Positions 1-13,220 of a stretch of 64,000 nucleotides of DNA are shown here, piece after piece. The stretch's first letter is position 1; each line of letters starts with the position of its first letter. Source of the stretch: Callorhinchus milii (Eukaryota). The notes beneath the pieces were generated by a model. It made no database searches. It was not told the DNA's origin and saw nothing but the letters and a program-made list of their open reading frames with translations. The stretch covers positions 83,392,001 through 83,456,000 of the forward strand of contig NW_024704743.1 in assembly GCF_018977255.1 (NCBI RefSeq), given 5' to 3'. A program made the translations under genes and the position numbers.

Positions 1-565
1 TGAACTGTTTTGTCATCTGCCTGCACCTGATTGATTAGAACTGGCAACTCACGACAGGTGAGTGATTGTAAAATAAGAGGATGATCCACAACTGATGAAT
101 AACCACGCAAATTCAAATTTAAAAAAAGCTAAAAGCAATCCGGCAATTGTGATGCTAACAAGGCAGGCTGCAATTTCCAGGAATCTCCCCCTCCCATAGT
201 TATTTTGTTCAAATTCCAGATGGCTCCCAGTCCCTTCTTGATTTTGATTAGACAAAAAAATCTATCTTCTTAAGGAAAGAAGCTTATCTCTGAGTGAGTG
301 CGCTCGGAACATTAGGTGTGGATGTGGGAAACCATTTTCTGGATCATTTTAGCACCAATGTGCTTTTATGACTGCTCCTCTCTCCCCTCCTTTCCTATAT
401 AGTGTGTGCGTGGGGGCGTGCGAGGGGAAGGAGACGTGGAGGGTGGAGGGAAGGTAACGAAGGAAAAAAAATGGAATACAGGAATTCAAGGAGTGAGTTC
501 GCAAGCATACTTGTTCTATCCACTGATCAGCTTTGTGAGCTGATCACTCACTGATCAAGCTGATC

Positions 566-1008
566 CTCGCCCGCTTTTACTTTCACTGGCTCACCATCCT
601 CCAGACGATCGAGTTCAAGATCCCTGTCCTAACCTTTAAAGCCCTCCATGATCTTGCTCCATTCTACCTCTGCGACATACTAAAACTTCACCAATCTTTC
701 CACTCCCTCTGCTTGCTCCATGTCCCCTGCCCTATCCGTTCCACTAACGGTGGTTGGGATTTCAGCCTTTCTGTCCTTACCCTCCATCTCAGAGCACCTC
801 CGCCTAGCCCCATCCCTTGCCTTCTTAAGGTCCATCTCAAGACCTTCCTTTTTGACTGTGCCTTCGGTCATCTTCCTTCTTTACCCCCCTTGCTGTCTAA
901 CCCCTCTGATCCCAACCTGCAACTCAGGTGCAAACCCCTCATTGTCCAGCACCTTGGGACATCCTCCCGACATGAAAGGTGCTATATAAATGCAATTTGT
1001 TGTTGTTT
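566..1008 (+). mobile_element. L2-clade LINE 3' fragment
   Basis: Encodes HWLTILQTIEFKIPVLTFKALHDLAPFYLCD (typical L2 ORF2 C-terminus). Ends gggacatcctcccgacatgaaaggtgctatataaatgcaat(ttg)n. Confidence 0.85.
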
Positions 1009-1789
1009 TACTTCTTTGACGAGAGAAGTGGTGACTCAGTTTTGACCATTATGATAAAGCAGGGGAGAAACCTGGTTACTTCTGCATCTGCATGGCTTTG
1101 CACATAAATTATTCCAGCTCTGAAAGATACGTTTACTAAAATTCATAGGATGGAACACTTGCCTGTAACCATTTGAGGACTGCAGTAGGAATTTTGCACT
1201 GAAATAGGAAATACAACAAGGTTAAAATGCTTTAATTAATTCAGAGAATAGAGCAAGAAATAAACATTTTATGATGACTTACATTCCTTTAATTATGTTC
1301 TTTAATTGTTCAGCAGAAACAAATTCATAGAAAATCACTTTGTTGACATTAAATACAAATAGTTAAGTTGTAAAGAGTGAAGCAGTGTGCATGTTTTTAT
1401 TTATGGTAAAGATTTCAAATGTATTCAATTGTTCAAAGATTTGGACTTTTTTAAAAAGTAATTTCTTCAAGATAGTTTTCTCCAATCTTAGAAGGAGATC
1501 CCTTCCCCTACACACTGTCCACTGACATTGGAACTGAATACTTTCTGGGATCAATTGACTGAATTTCATGGGATACTTTGTAAGTAACCAGAAAAAATTG
1601 AGAGGCTATGTAATACAGGTCTTTAAGATTCTGAAGAGGTATGATATCCCTATATCCAGAACATTCATATAAACCAATATCACTAGTCACTGCCCATCAA
1701 AATAAGAATTTCCTTTTAATCTCATTTTTTTGTCTCCTGCCTCCCAACCAATGTTTTTTTTCCATGTCACAATATTACCTCTAGTTATA

Positions 1790-2140
1790 TACCTGAGTTT
1801 TAGCTAGTATTCTCTTACGTGGCACTTTATCAAATAGCTTCTGAAGACCCACTTAAATGACATCCATCAATCTTCCTTTAATTATAACCTCAGTGGTTCT
1901 GTCAAAGAACTCTATGCAGCAAATTAGATTTGATCTATCTTTGACAAAACCATGCTGACTCTCCCTGATTTGTTCATACACTATTTATCTAGTTCTGCCC
2001 CAATAATGGATTCTAAAAGTATATAATATAATATCTACAATGTTTTCATGTATTTATTTTAATACCCTGATGTGGTAATCATCTAGGCCTGGAGATTTGT
2101 CTTCAGTCCCATTAGTTTATCCATTACCATTGTTTATAGT
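1790..2140 (-). mobile_element. Decayed CR1 LINE reverse-transcriptase fragment
   Basis: Minus strand gives remnants of QHGFVK..S..NL.EFFD and .FDKVP motifs. Confidence 0.65.
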
Positions 2141-4094
2141 AAGGCCTGTGTATCTCTTCCCCTTTGCTAACCTCTTGTCTTCCGTGTACCTCTGGTATCG
2201 GTACCTCCTTCTCAGTCATAAAGTCTTAAACACAGTTCTGCTATGTTCTTATCACTTACTTCATGTCATGCCTGGATCTGCTTTTCATATGCCAAATGTG
2301 AAATGTGGAAAGGGCATCTGTATCCTTTCAGGGAGTAAGGGAGGCAAGGTGTGTGTGTGAGAGAGACAGAGAGAGAAAGCGAGGCACGAGAAGTAAGTTC
2401 AATAATCAACTCCCTGCAATCAATTACTGAACAACCGTTGCCTAGATTTTTGAACAAGTCACCTATTGGACTTCTTGGCTGGGGATGGTATGATGGAGAT
2501 GTGGGGAGAATAATAATAAATACTGTACCTCACAAAAAAACAAACACCAAAGGCATTACCATACAGTGTACTTCAAGCTGTTGCATATCTTTCGAGGATT
2601 AAAGCTGCGGAATGGATTATTCAACCACGACACATGTATTTCCATATCAAACAACTGATGTTCAATAAGATTTTTATATAGCTAGCAACACTAATCAGTA
2701 AAGATCTCTTATAGACCAACTAGGGAAGAAAATCCACCTGGGTCTAGATTTACTTAATTTATGTAGCATTTTAGTGCAACCAGAATTTGGGAAATTTTGT
2801 AATGCAGCTTTAATTTTGAAGCTATTTTTCCATAAGTTATTTTAAGAACTTCAAAGACAGTATTCAACAATTTGCCAAATTCCAGACGTTAAATATGCTA
2901 AATGCTAAATAGAGTAAACTTAGATCCAGGCAGAATTTCTCCCTTGTGTGACCTGTTTTGATACAGCTAACTGACAATTCAGCCCTAAATCTTTAACTCT
3001 CCCCCAAAAGGAAACAATCTTAATCTGATAACTAACCCTAAATCTACCTTTAAACCTTGACCCTCTTTATGCTAAATCTGTTTGATTTGCCATCGGCTGA
3101 CAAATCATACAAACACCCTGGCTCCTATCCCAGACCTGGCTGCCATCCGCACACTGGATTCCTCCAAATGGAAAGTTGCCCATTTTTGGCTGGTTTACTG
3201 AGCGGATATGCGGTTTCCATGTCAATGGGAGGGTGGGGAATTCCTCATGGAGGGGAAGAAGGGGAGGGAAGGCATCTTGGGTCAGCCATCAAAACACCAG
3301 CTGCCCATAGAGAGGCTACAGCGGAAGCTAAGAAAACAGACAGTTGCCTAGACTCTCAGCTGGAATCCAGTGTCTGAGACTTTGAGGGGATCATATGAAG
3401 ATTATACAGATTTTGTAACAGTTTATTATTTTGAATTTTTACAATGATAAATAACGGGTTCTGCGAATAAAACCCGTTGATTGCTTGTGAAATAGTATGT
3501 TTGGGATACTGAGTCTAGTTATCTTGCCTTTACGTAAAGGCTCTTTACTCTTGATAAATGTCGGGGGGAAAAGGACAATGCAGACAAACCCGGCAACACT
3601 AGGGTGAAAGGCTTCTTTAAAAGAAAAAGGAAAAAGAAAATGCGAAACAAGATTAATATAACACACAGCAGGACACAAAGTAAGTGTACAACCCTTTATA
3701 AATCTGTCGGCTACTAACTAATAAAGTAATAAGCAGATCATGTACTGAGAATTTTGTTTGTAATTTATATTGTGTGTCCTCTTTGTCATTCTCTTCTTTA
3801 GCCCTGAAATGTGTTGTGAATGTGCCCAGCTTTTGATTAAATCAGCTGGGGGTACACAACTTCCTAATAACACTCCATGAATGTATCAAGAACCCGGGGG
3901 AAAAAAAATGGCTTTAATCAATCATTAGCAATTCAGGAATTTTTCCTATTCTAAATGCTAACTGGAGACATCACTCTTGTAAGACTTTATTTTCCTCATT
4001 CAATGCAGAAAGAAAAAAAAATCCCCGAAGAGTGACTTAATTCACTGTTGATGCCATGGTGCGATTTTCTTATTGAGACAATTTGCTCTTTTTT

Positions 4095-4490
4095 ATTTGC
4101 CAATTTTCTCACCTCCTCCTCTCCTGGAGGCACTGATTGAGGAGTCATGGCTATAGTTAAACAAGGTGCCAGCAGCTTTGTTCTAACATATTCTTCATGT
4201 GTGAACTTAAGAGTGTAGACGGGTTATTCACTCTTGGAGGTATCACAACCAACCCCCATCTTGTCCTCACCCAACATCCACACACCCACATCCTGGGTTA
4301 GTGATCAGCTGTGAGAATCCAAGTTGACTTTCCTCTCTCTAACCCAGGGACATTAAAGAAAGTAGCACTACCCCAATAGCTGCCCTAGCTGATGTGAACT
4401 AACTCAATGCACCACCAGGAATTAATCCATATGATTTGGTGATGTACTTGGTGCTATTCCAGGCAGTACCTTTATTCACCAAGGGACCAA
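4095..4490 (-). mobile_element. Old tRNA-headed SINE (second family; related copies near 16980-17235, 39950-40200, 48040-48290, 53300-53420, 58620-58870)
   Basis: Dispersed copies share segments such as gtcctcacccaacatccacaca and cccagctga..tcagctaactca. Confidence 0.55.
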
Positions 4491-4502
4491 TTTTCCCTTC
4501 TT

Positions 4503-4879
4503 GATAATAATAATAATTCTTGTGTTTGATATACTGCCTTATCATGTCTTCAAGACTTCTCAAAGGGCTTCACAGAATATATTGTAAAGTGAATTGACTG
4601 TATATTTTGTGAGCGAAACGTGGCAGCCAATTGTGCACAGCAGTGTCCCACAAACAGTCATGGATTGAAGTGACTAATTTATTATTTTATTTTTTAAGGA
4701 ATTGTTACCCTCGGAAAAGTGATCACCAATCGACTAACAACCAGGTTCCCATTTACTGCTTGGTTAACAGAGGCATGTGGAGTAAGGAAACTTGCCCAAC
4801 ATTTCGCTCTGCCAGGAATCGTACCCAGGTCTTTCGCTTGCGAGGTGAGTGCTCTAACCACTGAGCTACAGGAATCCAC
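4503..4879 (-). mobile_element. Full-length tRNA-derived Deu-domain SINE (long form)
   Basis: Head gtggattcctgtagctcagtggttagagcactc (A box), Deu core tgtttgtgggacactgctgtgcacaattggctgcc, L2-like tail with (att)n. Confidence 0.9.
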
Positions 4880-7445
4880 GTATCAAGAAAAATTCTGGCT
4901 TAGAAACAAGGTGGTTGTTGATAACTGATGACAAAAGATGTTGCATTGTTTTGCACGCTGTTCTTGGCTGATTCTTCACTTGAAGTCTGAATTATTTTAT
5001 TAAACTGAAAAAAAACAGGAGATTTGCAAAGAGCACTTTCTTTCACCTACAGTAACCACTTCCTTACAATGCATTAATCCCTTGTTTCACCGATCAGGAT
5101 TAAAAGATCCACAAAAGTCTAATAAACCTAGGAAACAGGCTAGATGGCCTCCTCCTGTTCATATTTTCTTATGTTCCTAGGTATGGTTCTACTGATAAAA
5201 GTCGAGATTGAAATCAGTTTTTCTTCAGTGCATTTGAGAAAAAAACAACTTTGCCTCACTCCTGGACACTGTAAGTTCCACTATTGGTAGTGCAACGGAT
5301 GCTCAGTGGTGGCAAAGAAAATGGCAAAGCACAAAAAGCATGGAGTATGGTGTGAATGATCTGATGCTGGACAGTATCACCCCAGTTTCAGTGGCTTGAC
5401 CACTCCATACATTACAGGAAACAGTAATGCTGATAATTTCTGGACATTGAAAGAAAGAATTCATCAAAACGCTTGGAGATCTGGATAAATGATGACAGAT
5501 TTCAGTACATGTACTGGATTTCAGTGTGGACACCAGCAACTTAATGTACTTTTCTAAAAATGTGAAAATTTGTGCATTTAAAAGGGCAAGAACTGAAACT
5601 CTGGGATGTATTAGGATCTACTGGAAAGCATCTTTCTCTGGCAAAACACGCAATATAGTAGATGAGGACAAGATACAGTTTCCCAAGCTACAGGCACAAT
5701 GGACAATATTTAGTTTAGATCACATTTAGCGGCAAGCGGGAGACAAATTCTGATTCAACTCCAATACACCCACTGTGGTGTTTTTAATCACAAAGTGCTT
5801 TAATGAACAAAGTGCACCTTTTGTGAGTATGCTCATGCACAAGTTACTTCTGTGGTGACCTAATTCCTGAATGCCAGCCATTTTGACTTCTCTGTTAAAA
5901 AAGATCTGACTATCGTGACGTGAGGTCCCCACTGACGTCACTTCCCGATCACCGTACAGGCTCAGCATGCAGGAAGTGATACCCATGAAAGTTGCATTTT
6001 GTTTGGAATCTTTGTTAAAAACTGTACCTTTTTCTCATGTACTATTTTTGCGACCTGCCAGAGTAAAGTGTATACTTTACACTTATAGCATACAAGTGTA
6101 ATTTGTTGTTGTTGTTGTTGCAAAGGGAGCAAATGGCATGATTTAAGATAGCATATTGCAGTTCCGCTCACATTAATGTGTCCTCAGCCTCTGGTTTCAC
6201 CATTTCTTGGTCACTCCATATAAAAAGGCAAGAGAAGGTCACTGATCAACATTCATTTATCCCAATGTACCATTTGAAACACGTAAACTATTTTACTGCA
6301 GCTCCAATGAGCTGTCAGCATCATTACCACTGATGCGACACCGGCAATTCCATTAGTGAGCCAATAGATGCGGAAACTAACTTCAATCCGTCACTCAGTG
6401 ACCATTCCTCTCAGGTAATGAGCAAGCACGAGTTTATAACTGAAAAGAGGTTCCTGAGCTTCAAAGTTTCTACCTGAAAAAAAATCCTCTTCTGTTGAGT
6501 TATGAAGGCAAAAGCAATTATTTTGAATTTAAAATTTTTTTATCTCCCAGGTTTGCTTCCTAACTCAATACCCCACAAAAAGGTAAGAGAAGGTCAGAGT
6601 CTCCACCTGATCAACATTCATTTATATCCTGGTTAAACCTGAGTGTATTTTGAAAGCTGTTTATATTTACAAATATCATTAGTATGCAACGCTGGAACGA
6701 CAACAGCAAATGCAACAATTTCCAGGAAAGATGACTACACTGGCGCAGCAGAAAAACTAGTTAATATTTAAAACATGCACATGCTTTATGCACTTTGATG
6801 GTTTTATTTTTGTATTGCGTTATTTGCTGGTGTAAATAAATATTATCAAAAATTATGCATTCGAATCCATGCATGGATGTTATTGACTGTTCTCCTCTGC
6901 TGGTAGGAACGCTTGTTTAACCAGTTGCTATTCTCATGCAATGTGGTAGGGAAGCATAGTGTTTCAGTAATCATCTCTGCACTTTAACCACAATAAGAGT
7001 ATGCATTTTACAGACCCATTGTAATAGAAAGACAAGATATGCAAATATTACTTGATGGGGAAAATTTCTTGAGTTACTGCGAACAGATATCAGCCATACT
7101 AAAGAAATCAAAATGATTCCTTTAAACTGCTTTGGCATTTAAAGATTTAGACATTTTTCCAAATACATATTTCGGACCTATCAACAGGGCTCTTCAAACT
7201 TCCTGACAATGAGTTTTGCAAAGAGGAAAAACCTGTCAGCTTTTATGAGTCCAGTATTCTGAGATTTAAGGCAGCAACACATCCGCCAATAAACTCCAAT
7301 TGTATATACATTGTAAATTTAAACAATTGATACCTCTTCTGGCCAGCAATAATTCAGAACTAGGTTTCCAAACAATCAACAATGAGAAAGTTGTCAAAGA
7401 AAATAAACTCATCCAGGTCAAACCAGTGTGTACCAAACACTATTT

Positions 7446-7703
7446 AATAATAATAATAATAATCCTTGCATTTGATATAGCGCTTTTCACGTCGGGAGGA
7501 TGTCCCAAAGCGCTTCACAGAACACACTGTAAAGTGAATTGACTGTATATTTGTGGGCGAACGCGGCAGTCAATTGCGCACAGCAATGTCCCACAAACAG
7601 TCGTAGATTGAAAATGACCAATTTATTATTGTTTTGGGTTTTTGGAGGGATTATTATTAGGCGTGTGGAGTAAGGAAACTTGCCCAAGGCTTCACCCTGC
7701 CTG
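7446..7703 (-). mobile_element. 5'-truncated young Deu-SINE (short internal-deletion form)
   Basis: Nearly identical to the reverse complement of 62350-62608. Confidence 0.9.
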
Positions 7704-8074
7704 TAAGAATATCGATAATGGATACTTCTCAGTGAATCACTGTCAGTTATAACCAGAGATCGGGTCACAGTTTAATATACATTTGAGTTATTATTTGGTG
7801 TGAAATGTGTTTTTCAACCATCACACTGTTCCATAATTATAACAAAGTGGGACCTTTCGCCTGTGACAACATCCCAGTGGCCAATGACTGATCATGGGGT
7901 GAAGACCCTCCATGACTTCATTCCAATGGACATGCTGAAAGCCAACGTTTAAATCTTCCCTATATTGGTCCCAGCTGGTTTGGGTAATATTGGTTTAACT
8001 TTAAATGCTGCATTTATCAACTGTTAAATTGTAAAGAAATATAGTTTTGTAAGAGAGCCCTCCAAAGCAAAGTA

Positions 8075-8700
8075 TCTCATATGATCACAAGAGAAATATG
8101 GATAAGTTTTTTCGGCCCATTTGTTCTCATCCTTCCAGAATACTGTCTTCCCATTACAGCAACAAGCTGTTTCTTAAATAAGTCCGGTGCCCTGGCCTCA
8201 ACTATCCTTCCTGCTAACTCAGGCCAGCTGTTGATTTCTCTTTGTGTAAAGAAATACTTCCTGCTGTCTGCCCTAAAATTGCACTTCATCACACTAAATA
8301 TTTTTGCTGTAAAAATAATAATCCTTGCATTTGATATAGCTCCTTATTACATTGTTGAGATGTCTCAAAGCGCTTCACAGAATATAATGGAAGTGGATTG
8401 ACTGTGTATGTTGTGGGCGAAATGCAGTAGCCAATTGCACACAGCAGTGTTCCACAAGCAGTATTGTCATATCTGTAATTATTATTTGGGACTTACTTTT
8501 TCAATCTCATTTAGCACTGCATATACAGTCCTCTCTGAGGTGTCTCCTTTCAATCTTGAAGAATCTAACTTCTTAAATTGTTCCTCATAACTCATCCCTC
8601 TTATATTTGGGGACCGTCCATGTTACTCTCCTGTGCATAGCCTCTGGGACCTGGATAGCCCCTCAAATCAGAGCTGTAGAATTGTACAGCATGAACATGA
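8075..8700 (-). mobile_element. CR1 LINE 3' fragment interrupted by a SINE tail (about 8314-8460)
   Basis: ORF 8077..8292 RKYFFTQREINSW..L...IVEA....FKKQL is the CR1 ORF2 C-terminus. EEQFKKLDSSRLKG resumes past the SINE. Confidence 0.75.
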
Positions 8701-9741
8701 ATCCTAGGGATACAAACCCATCTTCCTTTTACCTGCCTCAAGTATAAGGTTTAACCATCTGTCAACAGTCTGTTAAGTGACAGTGAAAGATACAAACTGG
8801 ATGTTCAAAGCTGCAGTGGACTAGTTGCTTGGATGTCTCCATGGGGGGGATGGAGACATACACACCCAGGTCCATTGATGTAACAGTCCATTCATTACTA
8901 AATATTGAGTGGACCTGGATTATAACTATTTAAAAGATAAATATTATAACATTAGGTAACATTTAACTACACTGTATTTAAAAGACACGCCTTTTACAAA
9001 TCAAGTGCTCCTCCAGTTCTAAATTGGTAACAGACTAGTATAGTCGTAGGTGTGCCTACAGCACTATTTTAAACCCAGTCATTGTTCTGTGAAGTTAATG
9101 TCTGTTATGTCTGATTTACATTTTATTTCGATGTTTGGTTTTGCTGCAGGAAACTCCTTTGGGGAATGTAGTAGCAAGCAATCCAGCACTAAAATAATAA
9201 TCACAATAAGAAAAATTGCCCATGTTTTATTTATCCAGAGAGCACCATGAATTAATTATGATCACATACACTTTTGTAATTCTATTCCTGGCCTCAGAAT
9301 TGCCCAGAATCAACGCTGACCAGCCTGGTGAGCACAATGCTTTGGGTGGGTTCAGAGACGGCTCGCTCACAAGAGTTTAGTGCCAAGGTTACCTCACACA
9401 GTGAATTCACTGTATCGGTCAAAGTGGAGTGGAGGGGGTGTGGAAAGGAGAAGCACATACTCAACACAGAAGAGGAACTTTGCAGGAAGGAAGGAAAGGA
9501 AAATGAGAGAACATGCTTTGCTGCATGGCTCTGCTCCCCCACCTGGTGGCCAGCACAGGAGCAACCCTGGGAGCCAGGAGCTGATTGCACCCGAGCCCAA
9601 TAACCCAAATCATTCATCCCAATTTTTAAAGAGAAATGTGAATAACATCAAAAGCCATTTTTTAAAAGTTCAAAATGATTAACAGTGCATACAGAGCTGA
9701 GCTGTGGAATGGGGGATTGCAGAGAATATGTATGATATCCC

Positions 9742-10290
9742 AGACAGGGCGAAACCTTAGGCAAGTTTCCTTGCTCCACAGGCCTCTGTTTACCTATCAG
9801 TAAGTAGGAATCGATTTTTAGTTGATTTGGCAGATCGCTTTTCCAGGGCTAATAATCCCTTAAAAATTAGGATTACTCAATACATGACTGTTTGTGGGAC
9901 ACAACTATGTGCAATTGGCTGCCACATTTCGCCGACAAAATATACAACAACAACAAGATTCCATTTATAGAGCGCCTTTCACGTCGGGAGGATGTCCCAA
10001 GGCGCTGTACAGTTGGGTCGGGACCCGAGCAGGGGGGAAATGGTCAGGGTGAGGGGAGTCAGAGCAGACCGGAGCCAGAGGAACGGAGGGTACGGGCAGG
10101 TAGGTAGGGGGATAGTAGGTTGGAGACGTAGGAGGGAGCGAGGCCGTGAATGGCCTTGTAGGTGAGGATGAGGATCTTGAATTCGAGTCAATCAACTAAA
10201 AATACATTCACTTTATAGAATATTCTGTGAAGCGTTTAAAGACATCTCGAAGACGTAATAAGGCACTATATCAAATGTAAGGGTTATTAA
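9742..10290 (+). mobile_element. Deu-SINE (+) split by an antisense L2 3' fragment (about 9945-10186)
   Basis: SINE sequence ...aaaatatac|agtcaat...tcacttt is interrupted by (caa)n plus the reverse-complement L2 tail. Confidence 0.85.
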
Positions 10291-11723
10291 AGGATTATTA
10301 CTGATAATCCTGTAGAGATCTATACAAGACTAGCAGGAAATCGAGTTGACGTGGATACGATACACTTCACATTTATATAGGGTATAATTGCCTTTTATGT
10401 GGCATCGAGAGATGCCTTTTAAGTGCTTGACAATGTTGATTAGGTACAAAAGCTGGGGATCGGAGCCAATAGGATGTGGACAGGGGAAAGATGACAAAAG
10501 TGTGGTCAAAGAGGTACAAAATATTTGAGACAGATTTTGAATTTGGGTGAGTTATATCAATCAGGATCATAACATTTAATATGATTTACACAAAGTATAA
10601 GTTAGAGGCAAACTTGCATAAGTTGTATAATATATGACTTAATCAATAATTTACACTGCGCATGCATACTTCAGTGTAGCTGGTAAGTGCACATGCAATA
10701 ATGGATCAAGACTTCATTTCCTGCGCTTCAAAGAGGCTGATAAGTGGGGTAGCGGATTAATGAGTTAGGAGATGATTTGCATAGGATTTAGGATTATTTG
10801 GAACCAGGAAAGATATAGCCATTTATCTGATGTATAAAGTGCAAAAGAAATCTAAGTGTCTTTTGGTAGGACACTGAATGTGGATCGGATGTATGTACGA
10901 CTTAGACGATTAGACTTATGCAAGGTTTTACTATATTTAATTTTTTTTCTGCCAGAATTATAATTTTTAAGAAGGATGGATTTTGCCTGCGTTTTCTTTT
11001 TTTTGCTTATGTCAGCGAAAAAGATATGCTGCTATTTCACAACATTTCTCACGGCCCACGGTTAAGTGTTCCCACACCGTGCCCCCAACAGAGAAGGACG
11101 GTGATGAGTTACTCCAAGGCTATAAGAGCAGTGCAGGTCAACAAGTCCTGCTTCCCTGGGGCAGTCACCTCGTCCTCATCGAGATGATTCGGGGAGGCCA
11201 ACGGAACACACAGGAGCATGGCAGCACAAAGCCATGATCCCGCAGGAGTGGTCGTCCTATTACACTGCAGAAGCAGTGGCCAGTGTCCAAACACATGTAT
11301 TTTGAGAACTGTGAAGAACACTCAGTACTCAAACTGTCAAAGCAAAACTTCAGGAATCCCTCCTGTATTGGGAACACATATGCACTCGAGAAGAGATTAG
11401 ATCGTGATCCTCTGTATTGCTGTAACACATGGTTGTATTACTATTGACTACTTATATGCTAGTAGTTCAGTTGTATCGGAGTATAGTAGAAGTTCACACC
11501 ATGTGCCACACTAATTAGCTCTTTCTACCCTCGGATCATCTTCAGATGGTCAGCCAGTGCATTTTGCTTCCAGAAACATTTTAATCATTCCTAAAATATG
11601 CGTAAACTAAACCTTGATAATATGTTTCACATATGAATGAATTCCATGATAGTTTCATAACTATCACTGGGATTAATTATCGCTATGAAGCAGAATTTGT
11701 GATGTTTACTGTTTAACACTGAA

Positions 11724-11742
11724 TGCCACGAGGTGGCAGCAC
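11724..11742 (+). promoter_or_regulatory. Candidate CTCF site
   Basis: tgCCACGAGGTGGCAGCac is a close match to CCASYAGRKGGCRS. Confidence 0.5.
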
Positions 11743-12777
11743 TCCTCCTAGACAGTGTCGTCTCCTGACTGCTGCCTTCGCACCTCCATCCATCGCCATC
11801 TTGAGTTTCAATGATTAATTTTTCAATTATAAATTGTAGAATCTGAGATAGTGTTAAATCTTACATTCTCCGCTCAGTATATGTTTTTTTATGCTTGATC
11901 TGCCTCCTTGCCCATCTTTAAATCACACCTGCAGACCGTGTCTTTGGTCATCTGCATACCTCTCCCTGGCTCGTTGTCAAACTCTGTTAAGAGCTCCAAG
12001 ATGCTATATAAATGCAAGTTATTGTTGTTGTTGCTGATCATCTGAGGAAGGCCAAACCCTTGCTGTTCCTAGCCCACATTTTTTAAAAATCAATTGGGCC
12101 CAAGGCGATAATCATCAACAACAACTTGTATTTATATAGGCCCCCTCACATTTGACAGCATCTTGGAGCGCTGAACAATGGCACAGTTTCACACAAGAAA
12201 ACTTATATCACATCAAATCTGTTCTAGAACTCCATTTAGAAAATTATGACACAAAAGACTATTCGGTCCATCGTGTCTCTTCATTCCTAAAGAATGGTTA
12301 TGAAACTAAACACCTCCGACTTCTGCACATTGGTTTGCTTTATAAAAATTGTGGGCATCAAGGATATCGGGAAGTGGCAGTACTTTGTTTCAAAATCTTG
12401 AGAGATATCATTTGAGTGCTGCTTCACAGTATAATGACTGAGTTAAACCTCTCCTGTGTGCTTAACTGCACTCAAACAAGCAAACCCTGTGATCAGAAAC
12501 AGCCTCAATGCAAAGAAGTCCTCAGGGTTGGGTGGAAGGGGTGGGAGGAGAAGTAGAGGATAATTCCGCACAGATTCAAACGTCTTTAATCAGACTGCAG
12601 AGACCACCGATTCTGCTTACTTACCAGATACTTGGCCCCAAAATTATTTTACCAAACAACAATTTAAAGTTAAAGATCATTTCTAGCAGCTATGAATGAA
12701 AAAAAAATCAGACGTTGTTTCATTAAAATCAAACATGTCCCTTGTTTCCATTCTGGAAAAATGGCTGAGGGAAAATA

Positions 12778-13220
12778 AGAATAATCCTTGCATTTGATCA
12801 CTTCATCGAAATGCCTCAAACAGCTTCGCAGGATTTAATGTAAACTGTCGTGACTGTGTATTTTGTAGGCAAACACAGCAGTCAATTTGAACACAGCACT
12901 GGCCAAGGAACAGAATGATCAAATTTATCTGCTGGATTGTTGGCCAGGACAATGGGAGAAACACCTTTCTCTTTTCAAATAATAATAATAATAATAATCC
13001 TTGCATTTGATATAGCGCTTTTCACATCATCCAGATGCCTCAAGGCGTTTCACAGAATAGACTGTGAAGTGAATTAACTGTATATTTGTGAGCAAAACGT
13101 GGCAGCCAATTGCGCACAGCAATGGAATCTTTAACATCCACCTGAACAGGCAGACGGGGCTTTGGTTGACAATTTGGTGCTCCCTCAGCATTTTATTGGA
13201 GCGTTAGCCTGGACTATTTG
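12778..13220 (-). mobile_element. Cluster of nested Deu-SINE fragments
   Basis: Repeated aataatccttgcatttgata tails and Deu core on the minus strand. Confidence 0.8.

Noticed and set aside
523..546. Short perfect hairpin tgatcagct-ttgtg-agctgatca
   Set aside because: Isolated 9-bp stem next to an L2 5' truncation point, with no supporting context.
4498..4889. Inverted 9-bp flanks (TTCTTGATA / TATCAAGAA) around a SINE
   Set aside because: Not seen at the other full-length copies and partly overlaps the AT-rich tail; likely chance.
12625..12689. 65-bp segment with good minus-strand splice sites as the next ZNF516 exon
   Set aside because: It stops after 6 codons in the required phase with a donor still downstream, and shows no similarity to ZNF516.
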